In this document: positions 1 through 9,291 of the stretch, in pieces
How the letters are laid out: every line of letters starts with the position of its first letter
Numbering within the stretch: position 1 is the first letter of the stretch
Source: an uncultured Clostridia bacterium
GTDB lineage: Bacteria > Bacillota > Clostridia > Christensenellales > UBA1242
Direction: 5' to 3'
DNA: 64,000 bases
Assembly (NCBI GenBank): GCA_934747805.1
Contig: CAKVHC010000003.1
Coordinates: forward strand, 64,402 to 128,401
Program-made: the position numbers and the translations under genes
The notes under the pieces: generated by a model
Told to the model about the DNA's origin: nothing
Database searches by the model: none
What the model saw: the letters and a program-made list of their open reading frames with translations, nothing else

Positions 1-444
1 AAATATCATCGTTACGAAGTGAGCAATTTTGCTCGCATAGGCTACGAGTCAAGGCACAACTTTAAATATTGGAATAGGAGCGAATATATCGGTTTGGGCG
101 TGAGTGCGCACAGCTATTATGGTGGCTATCGCTATTCCAACACCAACCGCCTTGACACCTACAATCAGAAACTTGATGCACACGAATTGCCAATTGCCAG
201 CCGTGAATATATCGACAAAAAGACAGCCCGCACCGAATATATTATGTTGTCCCTTCGCACCACACGTGGACTCAACCTTGACCAATTTAAGAAGGATATG
301 GGCGAGGACTTGCGCTACACCAAAGGAACGATAATCAGTCGACTCAGTCAGCTTGGAATGGTTAAAGTGGAAGACGGATATTTAAAGATTGCTGACGACC
401 AGTTCTATGTTGCCAACCAAATCATTCAAGAATTTGTGGACTAA
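1..444 (+). CDS. hemW: HemW-like radical SAM protein (coproporphyrinogen III oxidase family), C-terminal part; 5' end outside window
   Basis: Frame 1 is open from base 1 (KYHRYEVSNFARIGYESRHNFKYW...GLGVSAHS), matching the HemN_C-type domain pattern. Stop at 442-444. Confidence 0.7.
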   Translation, partial: KYHRYEVSNFARIGYESRHNFKYWNRSEYIGLGVSAHSYYGGYRYSNTNRLDTYNQKLDAHELPIASREYIDKKTARTEYIMLSLRTTRGLNLDQFKKDMGEDLRYTKGTIISRLSQLGMVKVEDGYLKIADDQFYVANQIIQEFVD

Positions 445-489
445 TTTTATACAAAATTGGACATTTTGTTTTTTAACTTAAAAATTTAG

Positions 490-524
490 ATGACAATGTT
501 TGACACAGACATTGTCATTTTGTT
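490..524 (+). terminator. Rho-independent terminator after hemW; a TTGACA -35 hexamer (500-505) lies in its loop
   Basis: Perfect 10-bp inverted repeat ATGACAATGT/ACATTGTCAT with a 9-nt loop, followed by TTTTGTT. Confidence 0.5.
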
Positions 525-556
525 AAAATAGACATATCAAATAAAGGAGGTTGTTT

Positions 557-1051
557 ATGAAGAAGTATATTGGAGCGTTTGCTTCAGCACTTGCAGGCAT
601 TTTGACATTCGTGTTCTTGAGCCTTGATGGTATATTTAGAAAGACATCGGCTGCTGGCTTGTCAACATCAAGCGGTACTAGCGGTTGGGACATCATCAAA
701 GACGAGAATGGTATTTACGCCAATGCTGATGGCTACACTCTTTACAAAGTTGCCGCTATCATACTATTAGTTTTGGCTTGTCTGCTTATCATTTCGGCAG
801 TAGTCATTATATTGCGTAATCTCAAAGTGTTCAAGTCAAAAGTAAAGTTCAATGCTTTGAACAATTTGCTATTGGTTGTCAACGCAATCTGCGCAATTTT
901 GGTATTCGTAGGCGCTTGCGTAATGGGCGGAAATATGTCTGTTGGCGAAACTATTAAAGTTACCGCTGGCGTAGGCTCTTGGCTCGTTATGGTTACAGGC
1001 GTTGTAACTTGCGCATTGGGCTGTTTGTTCGCTCGTGACACAAAAAAGTAA
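557..1051 (+). CDS. Hypothetical integral membrane protein
   Basis: AAGGAGG lies 6 nt upstream of ATG 557 (the track ORF starts at TTG 551). Several long hydrophobic segments. Confidence 0.6.
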   Translation: MKKYIGAFASALAGILTFVFLSLDGIFRKTSAAGLSTSSGTSGWDIIKDENGIYANADGYTLYKVAAIILLVLACLLIISAVVIILRNLKVFKSKVKFNALNNLLLVVNAICAILVFVGACVMGGNMSVGETIKVTAGVGSWLVMVTGVVTCALGCLFARDTKK

Positions 1052-1077
1052 TTAATAACCATTAATTAAAAAAAACA

Positions 1078-1105
1078 GAAATGACCCATCAGGGTCATTT
1101 TTTTA
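1078..1105 (+). terminator. Rho-independent terminator
   Basis: GAAATGACCC/GGGTCATTTT stem with a 4-nt loop and a T-run. Confidence 0.65.
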
Positions 1106-1197
1106 TATTTCAAACCAAATAGCATTAATTTTTATCACAATACAAGACTTTCTTCACAATATTTGCCTTTTTGCCGTATAAAACTACGGAGTTAAAT

Positions 1198-2268
1198 ATG
1201 AAGATTTGTGTTTATGCTATTTGCAAAAATGAAGAAAAGTTCGTGCACAGTTGGTTAGAGAGTATGCAAGAAGCAGACTACATTTGCGTGCTTGATACAG
1301 GCAGCACGGACAAAACGGTGGAACTATTGCGAGCACATCCGAAAGTGATTTTGAAAAAGAAAGTTATCAAGCCATGGCGGTTTGACGTGGCACGTAACGA
1401 GAGTATGAAACTCATTCCAGCCGATGCAGATATCTGCTGCTGCATAGATTTGGACGAAACCTTCAATAAGGATTGGCGAAAAGTATTGGAAAATGGCGTA
1501 ACGAAAAAGACCAAGCAGGTGCGTTATCGCTACACTTGGAACTTTAACCCAGACGGAAGCGAAGGCATTGTCTTTTTCGCCGACAAAATCCATGCACGTG
1601 ACGGCTTTTACTGGCGACATCCAGTGCATGAAGTGATTACGCCCATAAATGACGAGCCGTACGAAACGGTCACATTGCCAACATTACAACTCAATCACCA
1701 CGCCGATGACACAAAATCTCGTGGACAATATTTGCCACTGTTGGAGCTCGCTGTGAGCGAAGACCCCGAAAATGACCGTAATATGCACTATCTTGGGCGT
1801 GAATACTATTTTCACGCTGACTATGATAAAGCAATAGAAACTCTAATTCGTCATCTATCTCTCAAAAAATCTACATGGGCGGACGAAAGAAGTGCAAGTT
1901 TGCGTCTAATCGCTAAGTGCTACCTTGCCAAAGGCGACCTAGACAATGCAGAAAAATATTACAAACTGGCTGTATGTGAGCAACCTTTCACACGAGAAAG
2001 TTTGTATGAATTGGGCGAGTTTTACTACGAGCAAAACCGCATTATCGATGCAACTGCAACGCTCACGGCAATGCTTAACATTCGCCACCGTGAACTCAAT
2101 TACATTTCAAATCCAAACTGCTGGAATGCAATGCCTTACGACATTCTCTCAGTCTGCTATTATCAGCTAGACAACATAAAGAACGCCGAAAAATACTGCC
2201 ACCTTGCCCTAAGCCTTGACCCCGACAACGATCGCATAAAAAACAACCTAAAAATAATCACAAAATAA
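1198..2268 (+). CDS. Glycosyltransferase family 2-like domain fused to TPR repeats
   Basis: MKICVYAICKNEEKFV...CVLDTGSTDKT...IDLDE is a GT-A type N-terminus. The C-terminal half has TPR-like A/Y/L periodicity. ATG 1198 follows ACGGAG; the track ORF starts at TTG 1171. Confidence 0.6.
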   Translation: MKICVYAICKNEEKFVHSWLESMQEADYICVLDTGSTDKTVELLRAHPKVILKKKVIKPWRFDVARNESMKLIPADADICCCIDLDETFNKDWRKVLENGVTKKTKQVRYRYTWNFNPDGSEGIVFFADKIHARDGFYWRHPVHEVITPINDEPYETVTLPTLQLNHHADDTKSRGQYLPLLELAVSEDPENDRNMHYLGREYYFHADYDKAIETLIRHLSLKKSTWADERSASLRLIAKCYLAKGDLDNAEKYYKLAVCEQPFTRESLYELGEFYYEQNRIIDATATLTAMLNIRHRELNYISNPNCWNAMPYDILSVCYYQLDNIKNAEKYCHLALSLDPDNDRIKNNLKIITK

Positions 2269-2321
2269 CATTTGACTATCTTAGTTCGCTACTATACAAT
2301 GAAAATTAAGGAGATAAACAT

Positions 2322-2810
2322 ATGATAAAAATGGAACAATATCGGGATCCTTGGCTGGCAGAGAAATTTAATGATTTTATTGGTTTTTATCCAAGAGAGT
2401 TTTTTGTTTTTGACAATTTCTCATCGTTTAGAGTGTTGGTTGACGGTGTGCTTTATTGCACAGTCGAACACGCTTATCAAGCCACCAAATTTCTGAAGAG
2501 TGCACCAGATATCGCTAAACAGATAACTGACTGTTATTCTGCTCACGAAGCACAAAAAATAGCATATGCCAATAAAGATAAGCAATGTGAAAATTGGGAT
2601 GAAATCAAACTAGATGTGATGGAACGTCTACTAAGATTGAAACTTGAACAAAACCCTTATGTAAAAAAGAAATTGTTGCAAACCGAGAATCTACTAATAT
2701 GTGAGGATTCACCAAAAGACAGTTTTTGGGGCATTGGACCAAATAGAAATGGTCGTAATGAACTAGGAAAACTATGGATGAAGCTTCGTGAAGAATTGAA
2801 AGCAAAATAA
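2322..2810 (+). CDS. NADAR (YbiA/DUF1768) family protein
   Basis: FSSFRVLVDGVLYCTVEHAYQATKF and the later SFWGIG pattern are typical of the NADAR domain. AAGGAG RBS. Confidence 0.75.
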   Translation: MIKMEQYRDPWLAEKFNDFIGFYPREFFVFDNFSSFRVLVDGVLYCTVEHAYQATKFLKSAPDIAKQITDCYSAHEAQKIAYANKDKQCENWDEIKLDVMERLLRLKLEQNPYVKKKLLQTENLLICEDSPKDSFWGIGPNRNGRNELGKLWMKLREELKAK

Positions 2811-2814
2811 TCAC

Positions 2815-2841
2815 AAAAAAAACGGATTAAGCCGTTTTTTT
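2815..2841. terminator. Bidirectional terminator-like hairpin
   Basis: An A-run, an AACGG/CCGTT stem and a T-run. A near-identical sequence recurs at 3881-3908. Confidence 0.45.
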
Positions 2842-2920
2842 AAACTATTGACGGACTGAAATCAGATAACGGTGTTGTTAATTTAAATACAAACAGCAGT
2901 TATTTGTTTTATCGTATTTA

Positions 2921-3721
2921 TTATATTTTTTTTATTTCTTTAAGGTCTTCTACAAATTGATTTTTAGTTAAACTTGGAATATTTCCATCAAAGAAATTTT
3001 GCATTATTTCTGTACCTTTTCTAAAACTGTAACCACCAAAGCCACTTAACCACGACATTCCGTCTTTGAAATATTCAAATGCACCTTCTGGTAATAATTT
3101 AAAACATTTCTTAAACATGGTTTCATCGGAAAGGAAAGCACTTTTAATTAATTGCTTTATATCTGTCATATTTGCCAGTTTCTCAATACTTTTTGTTTGC
3201 ATTAAATACATACCGTTTTTTTTACCGTATATTTGTATTGAGATATAATTAACAATGGCTTCCATAAAAACATCGGTGCCGTCAACTAGCTTAGTTTTGT
3301 CATCATTTTTAGCATACTCACCAAATACTTGTATTTCTCTTTGTTCATAAAAATGATCGGTTTTTATGGTGTAAGCACAATGTGTTAATTCATGTAGTAA
3401 AACGCTTGTAAAATCCTCTCGCAGTTGCTCACTTTTCAAGCTGTCTTTGGTAAAAAAGAGTGATATGCTATTTTTGTCGAACCCTTCATATAAGCCAACA
3501 GCACCTTGGACTTTAAGTTCAGCAGGCTCTTTATCTGGATCAATCATCTGAATAGAATCAAGATTCTGGGTTAGTCTTTCCATCAGACTTGAAAACGGAA
3601 TCATTTCACCATACAATTTGGTGTGCTTATGAATAAAACCAGTAACTATTTTTCGGACAAACTCGTCTGTGATGTTTTTATCATTCAAAAAAGAGTCTAT
3701 AATATCATTCATTTCTTGCAT
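2921..3721 (-). CDS. Hypothetical protein with HExxH zinc-metallopeptidase-like motif
   Basis: 266-aa ORF containing LLHELTHC (HExxH). No other family recognised. Confidence 0.4.
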   Translation of the reverse strand: MQEMNDIIDSFLNDKNITDEFVRKIVTGFIHKHTKLYGEMIPFSSLMERLTQNLDSIQMIDPDKEPAELKVQGAVGLYEGFDKNSISLFFTKDSLKSEQLREDFTSVLLHELTHCAYTIKTDHFYEQREIQVFGEYAKNDDKTKLVDGTDVFMEAIVNYISIQIYGKKNGMYLMQTKSIEKLANMTDIKQLIKSAFLSDETMFKKCFKLLPEGAFEYFKDGMSWLSGFGGYSFRKGTEIMQNFFDGNIPSLTKNQFVEDLKEIKKI

Positions 3722-3910
3722 ATTTGATCGTTCCTATGGAAATAGTTTACAAATTTAAAGATTATTTGTCAAGTAAACAAGTATACAAGCCCATGCCAAG
3801 ACCTTTATTGTAAAGCTTTATTTAAATAATGTTAATACGGCTGCTTGCCGACAATTTCCGATAATGTTATATCTAATCACAAAAAAAACGGGCTGAGCCG
3901 TTTTTTTTAA

Positions 3911-4516
3911 CTACTTATTATTTAAGTCTGCACCACAACTGTCGCACTTAGTTTTGTCTGCAGTCATTGTGCTGCCACAGAATGGGCAAGTTTTGGTCGC
4001 ATTGTCAGATGCGTCTGTGTTTGGAGTAACGCCATTTTCGTTGATTTCAGTATATTCTGTTGGACGGATTGTCTTGTCGCTCTTAGCGGCTCTGTTACGT
4101 TTCTCATATTGCACGTAACTAAACAAGCCCAATACAGTGAACACGGCGCTGATAATCCAGTCTGTGATGACATCAGAAGCAATTTCGCTCCACGCCATGC
4201 GGAAAGCCTGATTGGCAATCTCGAAACTGCATTTCATCTCAATCATGGCATTGAAGATGATTGACAAATAGCAAGCGAGAGTGTTGAGTCCGAGGCTGAT
4301 AACTGCAATCCAGACATAAGCGAACCAGTTAAGTTTGTAAAACTTTTTGTAAAGATAAATCATTCCGAATGCACTGAAATATGCTACGAACGAAGCAATC
4401 CAGCCGAAAGAGTAAAGCAGACCCCACAGGCCAGCTCCAACGACCGCAACACCGAATGAAGTGAGAAGTGCAAGGGCAAGACTTTCTCTATGTGGTTTAT
4501 TTTGAGTATTTTCCAT
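3911..4516 (-). CDS. Membrane protein with C-terminal zinc-ribbon
   Basis: Four hydrophobic helices followed by CPFCGSTMTADKTKCDSCGADL (CxxC-x10-CxxC). Confidence 0.55.
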   Translation of the reverse strand: MENTQNKPHRESLALALLTSFGVAVVGAGLWGLLYSFGWIASFVAYFSAFGMIYLYKKFYKLNWFAYVWIAVISLGLNTLACYLSIIFNAMIEMKCSFEIANQAFRMAWSEIASDVITDWIISAVFTVLGLFSYVQYEKRNRAAKSDKTIRPTEYTEINENGVTPNTDASDNATKTCPFCGSTMTADKTKCDSCGADLNNK

Positions 4517-4623
4517 AGATTTCTCCTTTGTAAAATGTATGCTCTAATTTTGAACAAAAGCACACCAACTTGCTTAAAATATATCACTTTAACGTGTATC
4601 TGTCAACGTTTTGCGGCTTTAGT

Positions 4624-5328
4624 TTACATAATCATAGATTTTTTTAGGTTGTTCAGAATTTTCTTTTCCAGTCGAGAAATGTAACTTTGCGAAATTCCCA
4701 TCATATCTGCCACCTGTTTTTGCGTGAACTCATCCTTGCCGTAAAGCCCATATCTCAGCTCGATAATCTTTCTGTCACGTGGGTGCAGTTTGCAAATTGC
4801 CTTACGCAGATAGTCTTTTTCGCAATCCTGCTCGAGTTCTTCGCTCACGGAGTGTTCGTCCGCCAAAATGTCTTGTAACAAAAGTTCGTTGCCGTCGCTA
4901 TCTTGCGAGAGCGGAGCTTCAAGGCTGATGTCGCCGTTAGACTTGCTCGTTTTTCGCAAGTGCATCAAAATCTCGTTTTCAATGCAGCGGCTGGCATATG
5001 TGGCAAGCTTGATATTTTTGTCCGCCTTGAACGACCCCACCGCCTTGATAAGCCCGATTATGCCAATCGACACAAGGTCGTCGAGTTCGACATTGGTGTT
5101 AGAAAACTTTTTGGCAATGTAAATCACCAGTCGCAAGTTGTGTTCAATCAGTGTGGCACGAGCGAAATCGTGCTGGTCGGTGTCAAGCAAGCTCACATAT
5201 TTATTTTCGTCGTCATCACTGAGTGGGTTGGGCAGAGCTTCTTGGCTTATTATGAAGCACACAAGGTCGTCAATGTCGTAATCTAAAAAGTTGTTTATAA
5301 TATTAGTAATCTTATTAAATATATTCAT
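4624..5328 (-). CDS. sigE: Sporulation sigma factor SigE (pro-sigma-E)
   Basis: Sigma-70 regions 2-4 (DLVSIGIIGLIKAV, ATYASRCIENEI, QKQVADMMGISQSYISRLEKK) with an N-terminal pro-sequence. Lies immediately downstream of the spoIIGA-like gene. Confidence 0.8.
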   Translation of the reverse strand: MNIFNKITNIINNFLDYDIDDLVCFIISQEALPNPLSDDDENKYVSLLDTDQHDFARATLIEHNLRLVIYIAKKFSNTNVELDDLVSIGIIGLIKAVGSFKADKNIKLATYASRCIENEILMHLRKTSKSNGDISLEAPLSQDSDGNELLLQDILADEHSVSEELEQDCEKDYLRKAICKLHPRDRKIIELRYGLYGKDEFTQKQVADMMGISQSYISRLEKKILNNLKKSMIM

Positions 5329-5337
5329 AAAATTCTC

Positions 5338-6165
5338 CTAACTTATTTGTTGACAGTTTAAAAGTGCCGTGTAGTTGGCAAAAGTCTTGTAGCATAGTCC
5401 ACAACTCACATCGTTCAGCACTTGCTTTTTGCCGTCTTGCTTTATTTCAAGTCGGTCAATTTTGAAGACCATAATCTTTTGCCCGCTCGACACAGTGTCA
5501 AGGCTTATATAATGCATATCTTTCAGCCCAAGTCCGTCGAAATCTTTCTTAAATAGCCTCTCGAGGCTAATGTCACAAATGTTGGTCATCACTTTTGGCG
5601 TAATAATCACCACAGGCGAGTTGTCTTCGTCAGTAAGGTTGTTGCCCGAGTCAAGATAGGCAAGAGTGGAGTATTTTTTGTCTCCACACACAAATGTGGT
5701 GTCGAAATAGAATTGTTTTTTCTTTTGTCGTTTGGCGAGCATTTTCGTCCAAATCTTAGCCAATATGAAAAATATTACAATGCCGCCGCACATCAGCCAC
5801 ATGATCTGGCTGGGCAGGGCATAACCATTAGCGACTTGTTCGCCACCAAGTGCAAAGACCAGTCCACCGAATCCATATGTATAGGCACACAGGCTCAAAA
5901 GGCAGAAGCACACCTTTTTGAAAGTGGTTTGTCCAAGACAGACAATGACCATAGCACTAGCCAAAGCCACCTTGAACAGATTGATGACGAACGGAGAATT
6001 TAGATATGGAAAAATTAGACTGAAACACGCACCTAATAGACTTGCAAGCATAATCCTAATTTTTTTAGGGTGGATATGGATTGTGCTTGCAGATAAGAAA
6101 AGGAGAAAATAGTCAATTATTGCGTTTTGCAGCAGTGCGTACTCCAAAATTATTTCCATAGCCAA
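5338..6165 (-). CDS. spoIIGA: Sigma-E processing aspartic peptidase SpoIIGA
   Basis: Five N-terminal TM helices plus a C-terminal domain with the YLDSGNNL (DSGN) motif. Adjacent to sigE. Confidence 0.8.
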   Translation of the reverse strand: MAMEIILEYALLQNAIIDYFLLFLSASTIHIHPKKIRIMLASLLGACFSLIFPYLNSPFVINLFKVALASAMVIVCLGQTTFKKVCFCLLSLCAYTYGFGGLVFALGGEQVANGYALPSQIMWLMCGGIVIFFILAKIWTKMLAKRQKKKQFYFDTTFVCGDKKYSTLAYLDSGNNLTDEDNSPVVIITPKVMTNICDISLERLFKKDFDGLGLKDMHYISLDTVSSGQKIMVFKIDRLEIKQDGKKQVLNDVSCGLCYKTFANYTALLNCQQIS

Positions 6166-6310
6166 ATTGTAGCAAAATAAAAATAAATCGCATCCGAAAA
6201 AAATGTTGGTTCAAATCGTCTTTATACTTTTTTTGTTATTTTTTGGAAAAATGAATTTTGTACGCATAATTTTTCTCATGCGGTTAAGAATATAGGAACT
6301 AGGAGTGTGT

Positions 6311-7084
6311 ATGGTAAAGAGAGTGTTTATCAGCGGCATCAACACCGCCACACTACCAAAGATAACCTATAAAGAAGCCAACGACCTATTATATAAGATA
6401 AAGCAGGGTGACGAGCAGGCAAAAGACTATTTCTTTATGTGCAACATTCGTCTTGTGCTGTCAATCACTCAGCGATTTATGACCACCAAAGAAAACGTCA
6501 ACGACGTATTCCAAGTGGGATGTCTAGGTCTGCTTAAAGCCATTGATAATTTTGATTTGAGTGTGGGCGTGAGGTTCTCGACCTATGCCGTGCCGATGAT
6601 TGTGGGCGAGATTAAAAGGTTTTTGCGAGACAATAGTGCAATGCGAGTCAGCCGAAGTCTGCGTGACACGGCATACAAAGTGCTAAAGAGCAAAGAGCGA
6701 CTTTCAAAAGAATATGATGATGTGTCACTTGAACAAGTTGCACTTGACCTGAACATCACATTGAAAGAGGTGATAGATTCAATCGACGCACTTGCCGACC
6801 CAATCTCACTTAGCGACCCTGTCTATACCGACGGCGAAGATGCAATCACAATGCAAGACAGCCTTGTTGACAACGTTTCCACCACTGAGCGACTCACCAA
6901 CAACCTTGACCTCGCTGATGCCATTCGCTTGCTTGAACCACGAGAAAGGCAAATTCTGTCAATGAGATATTTTTCAGGCAAAACCCAAATGGAAGTCAGC
7001 GACACTGTAGGCATTTCACAAGCTCAAGTCAGCCGACTCGAAAAGAACGCTTTGAACCATATCAAGCGATATTTTGACGTATAA
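6311..7084 (+). CDS. sigG: Forespore sigma factor SigG
   Basis: Aligns almost colinearly by eye with B. subtilis SigG (CNIRLVLSITQRF, FQVGCLGLLKAIDNFDL, FSTYAVPMIVGEIKRFLRDN, GKTQMEVSDTVGISQAQVSRLEK). ATG 6311 follows TAGGAG. Confidence 0.8.
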   Translation: MVKRVFISGINTATLPKITYKEANDLLYKIKQGDEQAKDYFFMCNIRLVLSITQRFMTTKENVNDVFQVGCLGLLKAIDNFDLSVGVRFSTYAVPMIVGEIKRFLRDNSAMRVSRSLRDTAYKVLKSKERLSKEYDDVSLEQVALDLNITLKEVIDSIDALADPISLSDPVYTDGEDAITMQDSLVDNVSTTERLTNNLDLADAIRLLEPRERQILSMRYFSGKTQMEVSDTVGISQAQVSRLEKNALNHIKRYFDV

Positions 7085-7111
7085 CTCGTTCGACATTTTA
7101 AACACTAAAAA

Positions 7112-7142
7112 CGCAGGTAATTACAAATTATCTGCGTTTTTT
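7112..7142 (+). terminator. Rho-independent terminator after sigG
   Basis: 10-bp stem CGCAGGTAAT/ATTATCTGCG, a 5-nt loop and a T-run. Confidence 0.7.
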
Positions 7143-7210
7143 ACATTTTAACTTGTCATAAAAAGAAACAAATCTAAATAAGGTATTATAAAATGGAGAG
7201 GTAGATATCT

Positions 7211-7975
7211 ATGAAAGTAATTTTTATCAAAAAACGCAGACTCTTAACTGTGTTAGCGCTTGTTTTTTTGCTGACTCTATGCTTTGTTGGTGGGCTGGGA
7301 CGCACTGCCAGTGCAGTATATCTTGCCAGCACCAATCGTGAGTTGCCAATTTACAACGTGCAGACAGACGAGTCAAAATGTGCCATAAGTTTTGATGCTG
7401 CGTGGGGTGCAGATAAAACTCTCGCAATCATCAACACATGCAAAAAATATAATGTCAAAGCCACATTTTTCTTGGTTGGCTTTTGGGTGGAAGAAAACCT
7501 AGAAACAGCCAAACAAATCGTGGAAAATGGCTTTGAGGTGGGATTGCATTCCAACACTCACCGTGACCTAGCCAAACTCAGTGCGGACGAGATTCGTTCT
7601 GATGTCGGCAAAAATATTGAGATAATCAAAACCAATCTTGGCGTCGAACCAAAACTTATTAGAGTGCCTTACGGCTCGTATAACGACAGAGTAATCACTA
7701 CTCTCCGAGATATGAACCTACAAGTCGTGCAATGGGACGTTGACAGTCTGGATTGGAAAGGTTTAACTAGTGCACAGATTGCCGGCAGAATCAATAGCCG
7801 TGCCAAAGCAGGCAGTATAATTCTCTGCCACAACAACGCAGACAACATTGTTCCTGCACTTACGCTAGTATTTGAAAATCTCAAAAACAAAAACCTAACA
7901 GTCGTGCCAGTTGGCGAACTAATCTATACTGACAACTACACAATCAACAATCAAGGCACACAAATAAAAAAATAA
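7211..7975 (+). CDS. Polysaccharide deacetylase (NodB domain; PdaB-like sporulation type)
   Basis: Signal/TM N-terminus, then FDAAWG...ATFFLVGFW...HSNTH...LIRVPYG...ILCHN NodB motifs. Confidence 0.7.
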   Translation: MKVIFIKKRRLLTVLALVFLLTLCFVGGLGRTASAVYLASTNRELPIYNVQTDESKCAISFDAAWGADKTLAIINTCKKYNVKATFFLVGFWVEENLETAKQIVENGFEVGLHSNTHRDLAKLSADEIRSDVGKNIEIIKTNLGVEPKLIRVPYGSYNDRVITTLRDMNLQVVQWDVDSLDWKGLTSAQIAGRINSRAKAGSIILCHNNADNIVPALTLVFENLKNKNLTVVPVGELIYTDNYTINNQGTQIKK

Positions 7976-7987
7976 AGGAAAAATATT

Positions 7988-8605
7988 ATGAATCACGAAT
8001 TATTAGAAAACAACAAAGTTTATCTTTCAGGGCAGATATCTAGCAAGCCCGAATTTAGCCATGAAGTGTTTGGCGAATCGTTTTACCAGTTTGATATGTC
8101 AATCTTGCGCTTGTCGGGGCAGTATGACATAATTCCAATCACGATTAGCGAGCGTATTATGGGCAACCTGCCGTTTGAAATCGGCTCGCCAATTGCCATA
8201 AAAGGTCAGTTTAGAAGTTACAACAAACTTGTCGGCGACAAAAGTAAACTCGTGCTAACCGTCTTTGTGCGTGAAATCGTTGACGTGGAAGACGATGCCA
8301 ATCCAAATGTTGTAGAGTTGTCAGGTTACATTTGCAAAGAACCAATATATCGCACCACACCATTCAACCGTGAAATTGCGGACATATTGCTTGCCGTCAA
8401 CCGTGCATACAACAAAAGCGACTACATTCCTTGCATCGCTTGGGGCAGAAATGCTAGATTTGTCAGCGACGTGAAAGTGGGCACACGAATAACGTTGATT
8501 GGCCGTGTGCAGAGCAGAGAATATACAAAACTAGTGGAAGAAGACAAAGAACCAGAAGTTAGACGTGCCTATGAAGTGTCAATTTCAAAGATAGCTTTGG
8601 AATAA
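7988..8605 (+). CDS. Hypothetical protein, possibly OB-fold / SSB-like
   Basis: 205-aa ORF with two repeated halves reminiscent of OB-fold ssDNA-binding proteins. Assignment is weak. Confidence 0.3.
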   Translation: MNHELLENNKVYLSGQISSKPEFSHEVFGESFYQFDMSILRLSGQYDIIPITISERIMGNLPFEIGSPIAIKGQFRSYNKLVGDKSKLVLTVFVREIVDVEDDANPNVVELSGYICKEPIYRTTPFNREIADILLAVNRAYNKSDYIPCIAWGRNARFVSDVKVGTRITLIGRVQSREYTKLVEEDKEPEVRRAYEVSISKIALE

Positions 8606-8629
8606 AAAATTAAAATTTTAATAAATCGA

Positions 8630-8666
8630 AAAAATATTTGTCATAAAATCGTTGACAAATATTTTT
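8630..8666 (+). terminator. Terminator hairpin whose 3' arm contains the next promoter's -35
   Basis: 14-bp perfect inverted repeat AAAAATATTTGTCA/TGACAAATATTTTT with a 9-nt loop. Confidence 0.55.
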
Positions 8667-8701
8667 ATTGAAATATAATGAAATCGTCGAACAAATGTTC
8701 G
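8652..8701 (+). promoter_or_regulatory. Sigma-A-type promoter with LexA (Cheo) box at the start site
   Basis: TTGACA 8652-8657, a 16-nt spacer, TATAAT 8674-8679, then CGAACAAATGTTCG at 8688-8701 (consensus CGAACRNRYGTTYC). Confidence 0.65.
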
Positions 8702-8727
8702 ATAATGTTCGATAAAACTGCGATATA

Positions 8728-8765
8728 TTTGTACAAAATGCAGACTTTCGACAATTTTGTACAAA
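8728..8765. promoter_or_regulatory. Two copies of the perfect palindrome TTTGTACAAA (candidate repressor operators)
   Basis: Copies at 8728-8737 and 8756-8765, 28 bp centre to centre. Confidence 0.45.
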
Positions 8766-8779
8766 ACTCGCAAAAATAA

Positions 8780-8809
8780 TTGACAATTCAAAATCCTATA
8801 ATATACAAT
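8780..8809 (+). promoter_or_regulatory. Second sigma-A-type promoter upstream of 8827
   Basis: TTGACA 8780-8785, an 18-nt spacer, TACAAT 8804-8809. Confidence 0.4.
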
Positions 8810-8826
8810 TTAAATAAGGAGAAAAT

Positions 8827-9291
8827 ATGTTAGATAAAAAGCACGCTCAATCATTATTGTATTCCTATCGATATTTATTCAAAACTTGTGATTTAATCGA
8901 TAAGATGATAAACAATTACGCCACAAATTTTGGGGTAATGTACGCTCATTCCGACACAGAAACTTTGGCTGAGAAAATGATTGATCTGATGCAGAGAAAA
9001 AAGCACCTAATCAATCTCAAACTCTACATTGACAAGGTGATTAGCCTCACCAATGAGAGCAGTAAAAAGATTTTGGTGCTAATGAGCCAGTTTGAATTTA
9101 AAATTGGCAAAATTCAAGAGATTTTTGGTGTTAGCGAACGCACGGCTTTTCGTTATATGAGAACTGCAGTCGACGAGTTTGTGTCGGTTGCCAATCGTGT
9201 CAAGGGAATAGATATGGAAGCTTTGCAGCAGAATGACTCTTGGATTTTCAACCTATCGCATACATATGCTTGCTCACGCATCACTGCCTAA
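8827..9291 (+). CDS. Putative phage late-gene transcriptional activator (ArpU/RinA-like, C-terminal HTH)
   Basis: 154 aa with a helical N-terminus and a C-terminal IQEIFGVSERTAFRYMRTAVDEF HTH-like segment. Position is upstream of terL. Family call is tentative. Confidence 0.35.
   Translation: MLDKKHAQSLLYSYRYLFKTCDLIDKMINNYATNFGVMYAHSDTETLAEKMIDLMQRKKHLINLKLYIDKVISLTNESSKKILVLMSQFEFKIGKIQEIFGVSERTAFRYMRTAVDEFVSVANRVKGIDMEALQQNDSWIFNLSHTYACSRITA

Noticed and set aside
4687-5286. Plus-strand ORFs 4687-4878, 4868-5122 and 4903-5286.
   Set aside because: They are antisense shadows within sigE.
6166-6304. Spo0A boxes in the spoIIGA-sigG divergent region.
   Set aside because: No exact TGTCGAA/TTCGACA match was seen. 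Only loose similarities exist, so nothing is reported as a feature.
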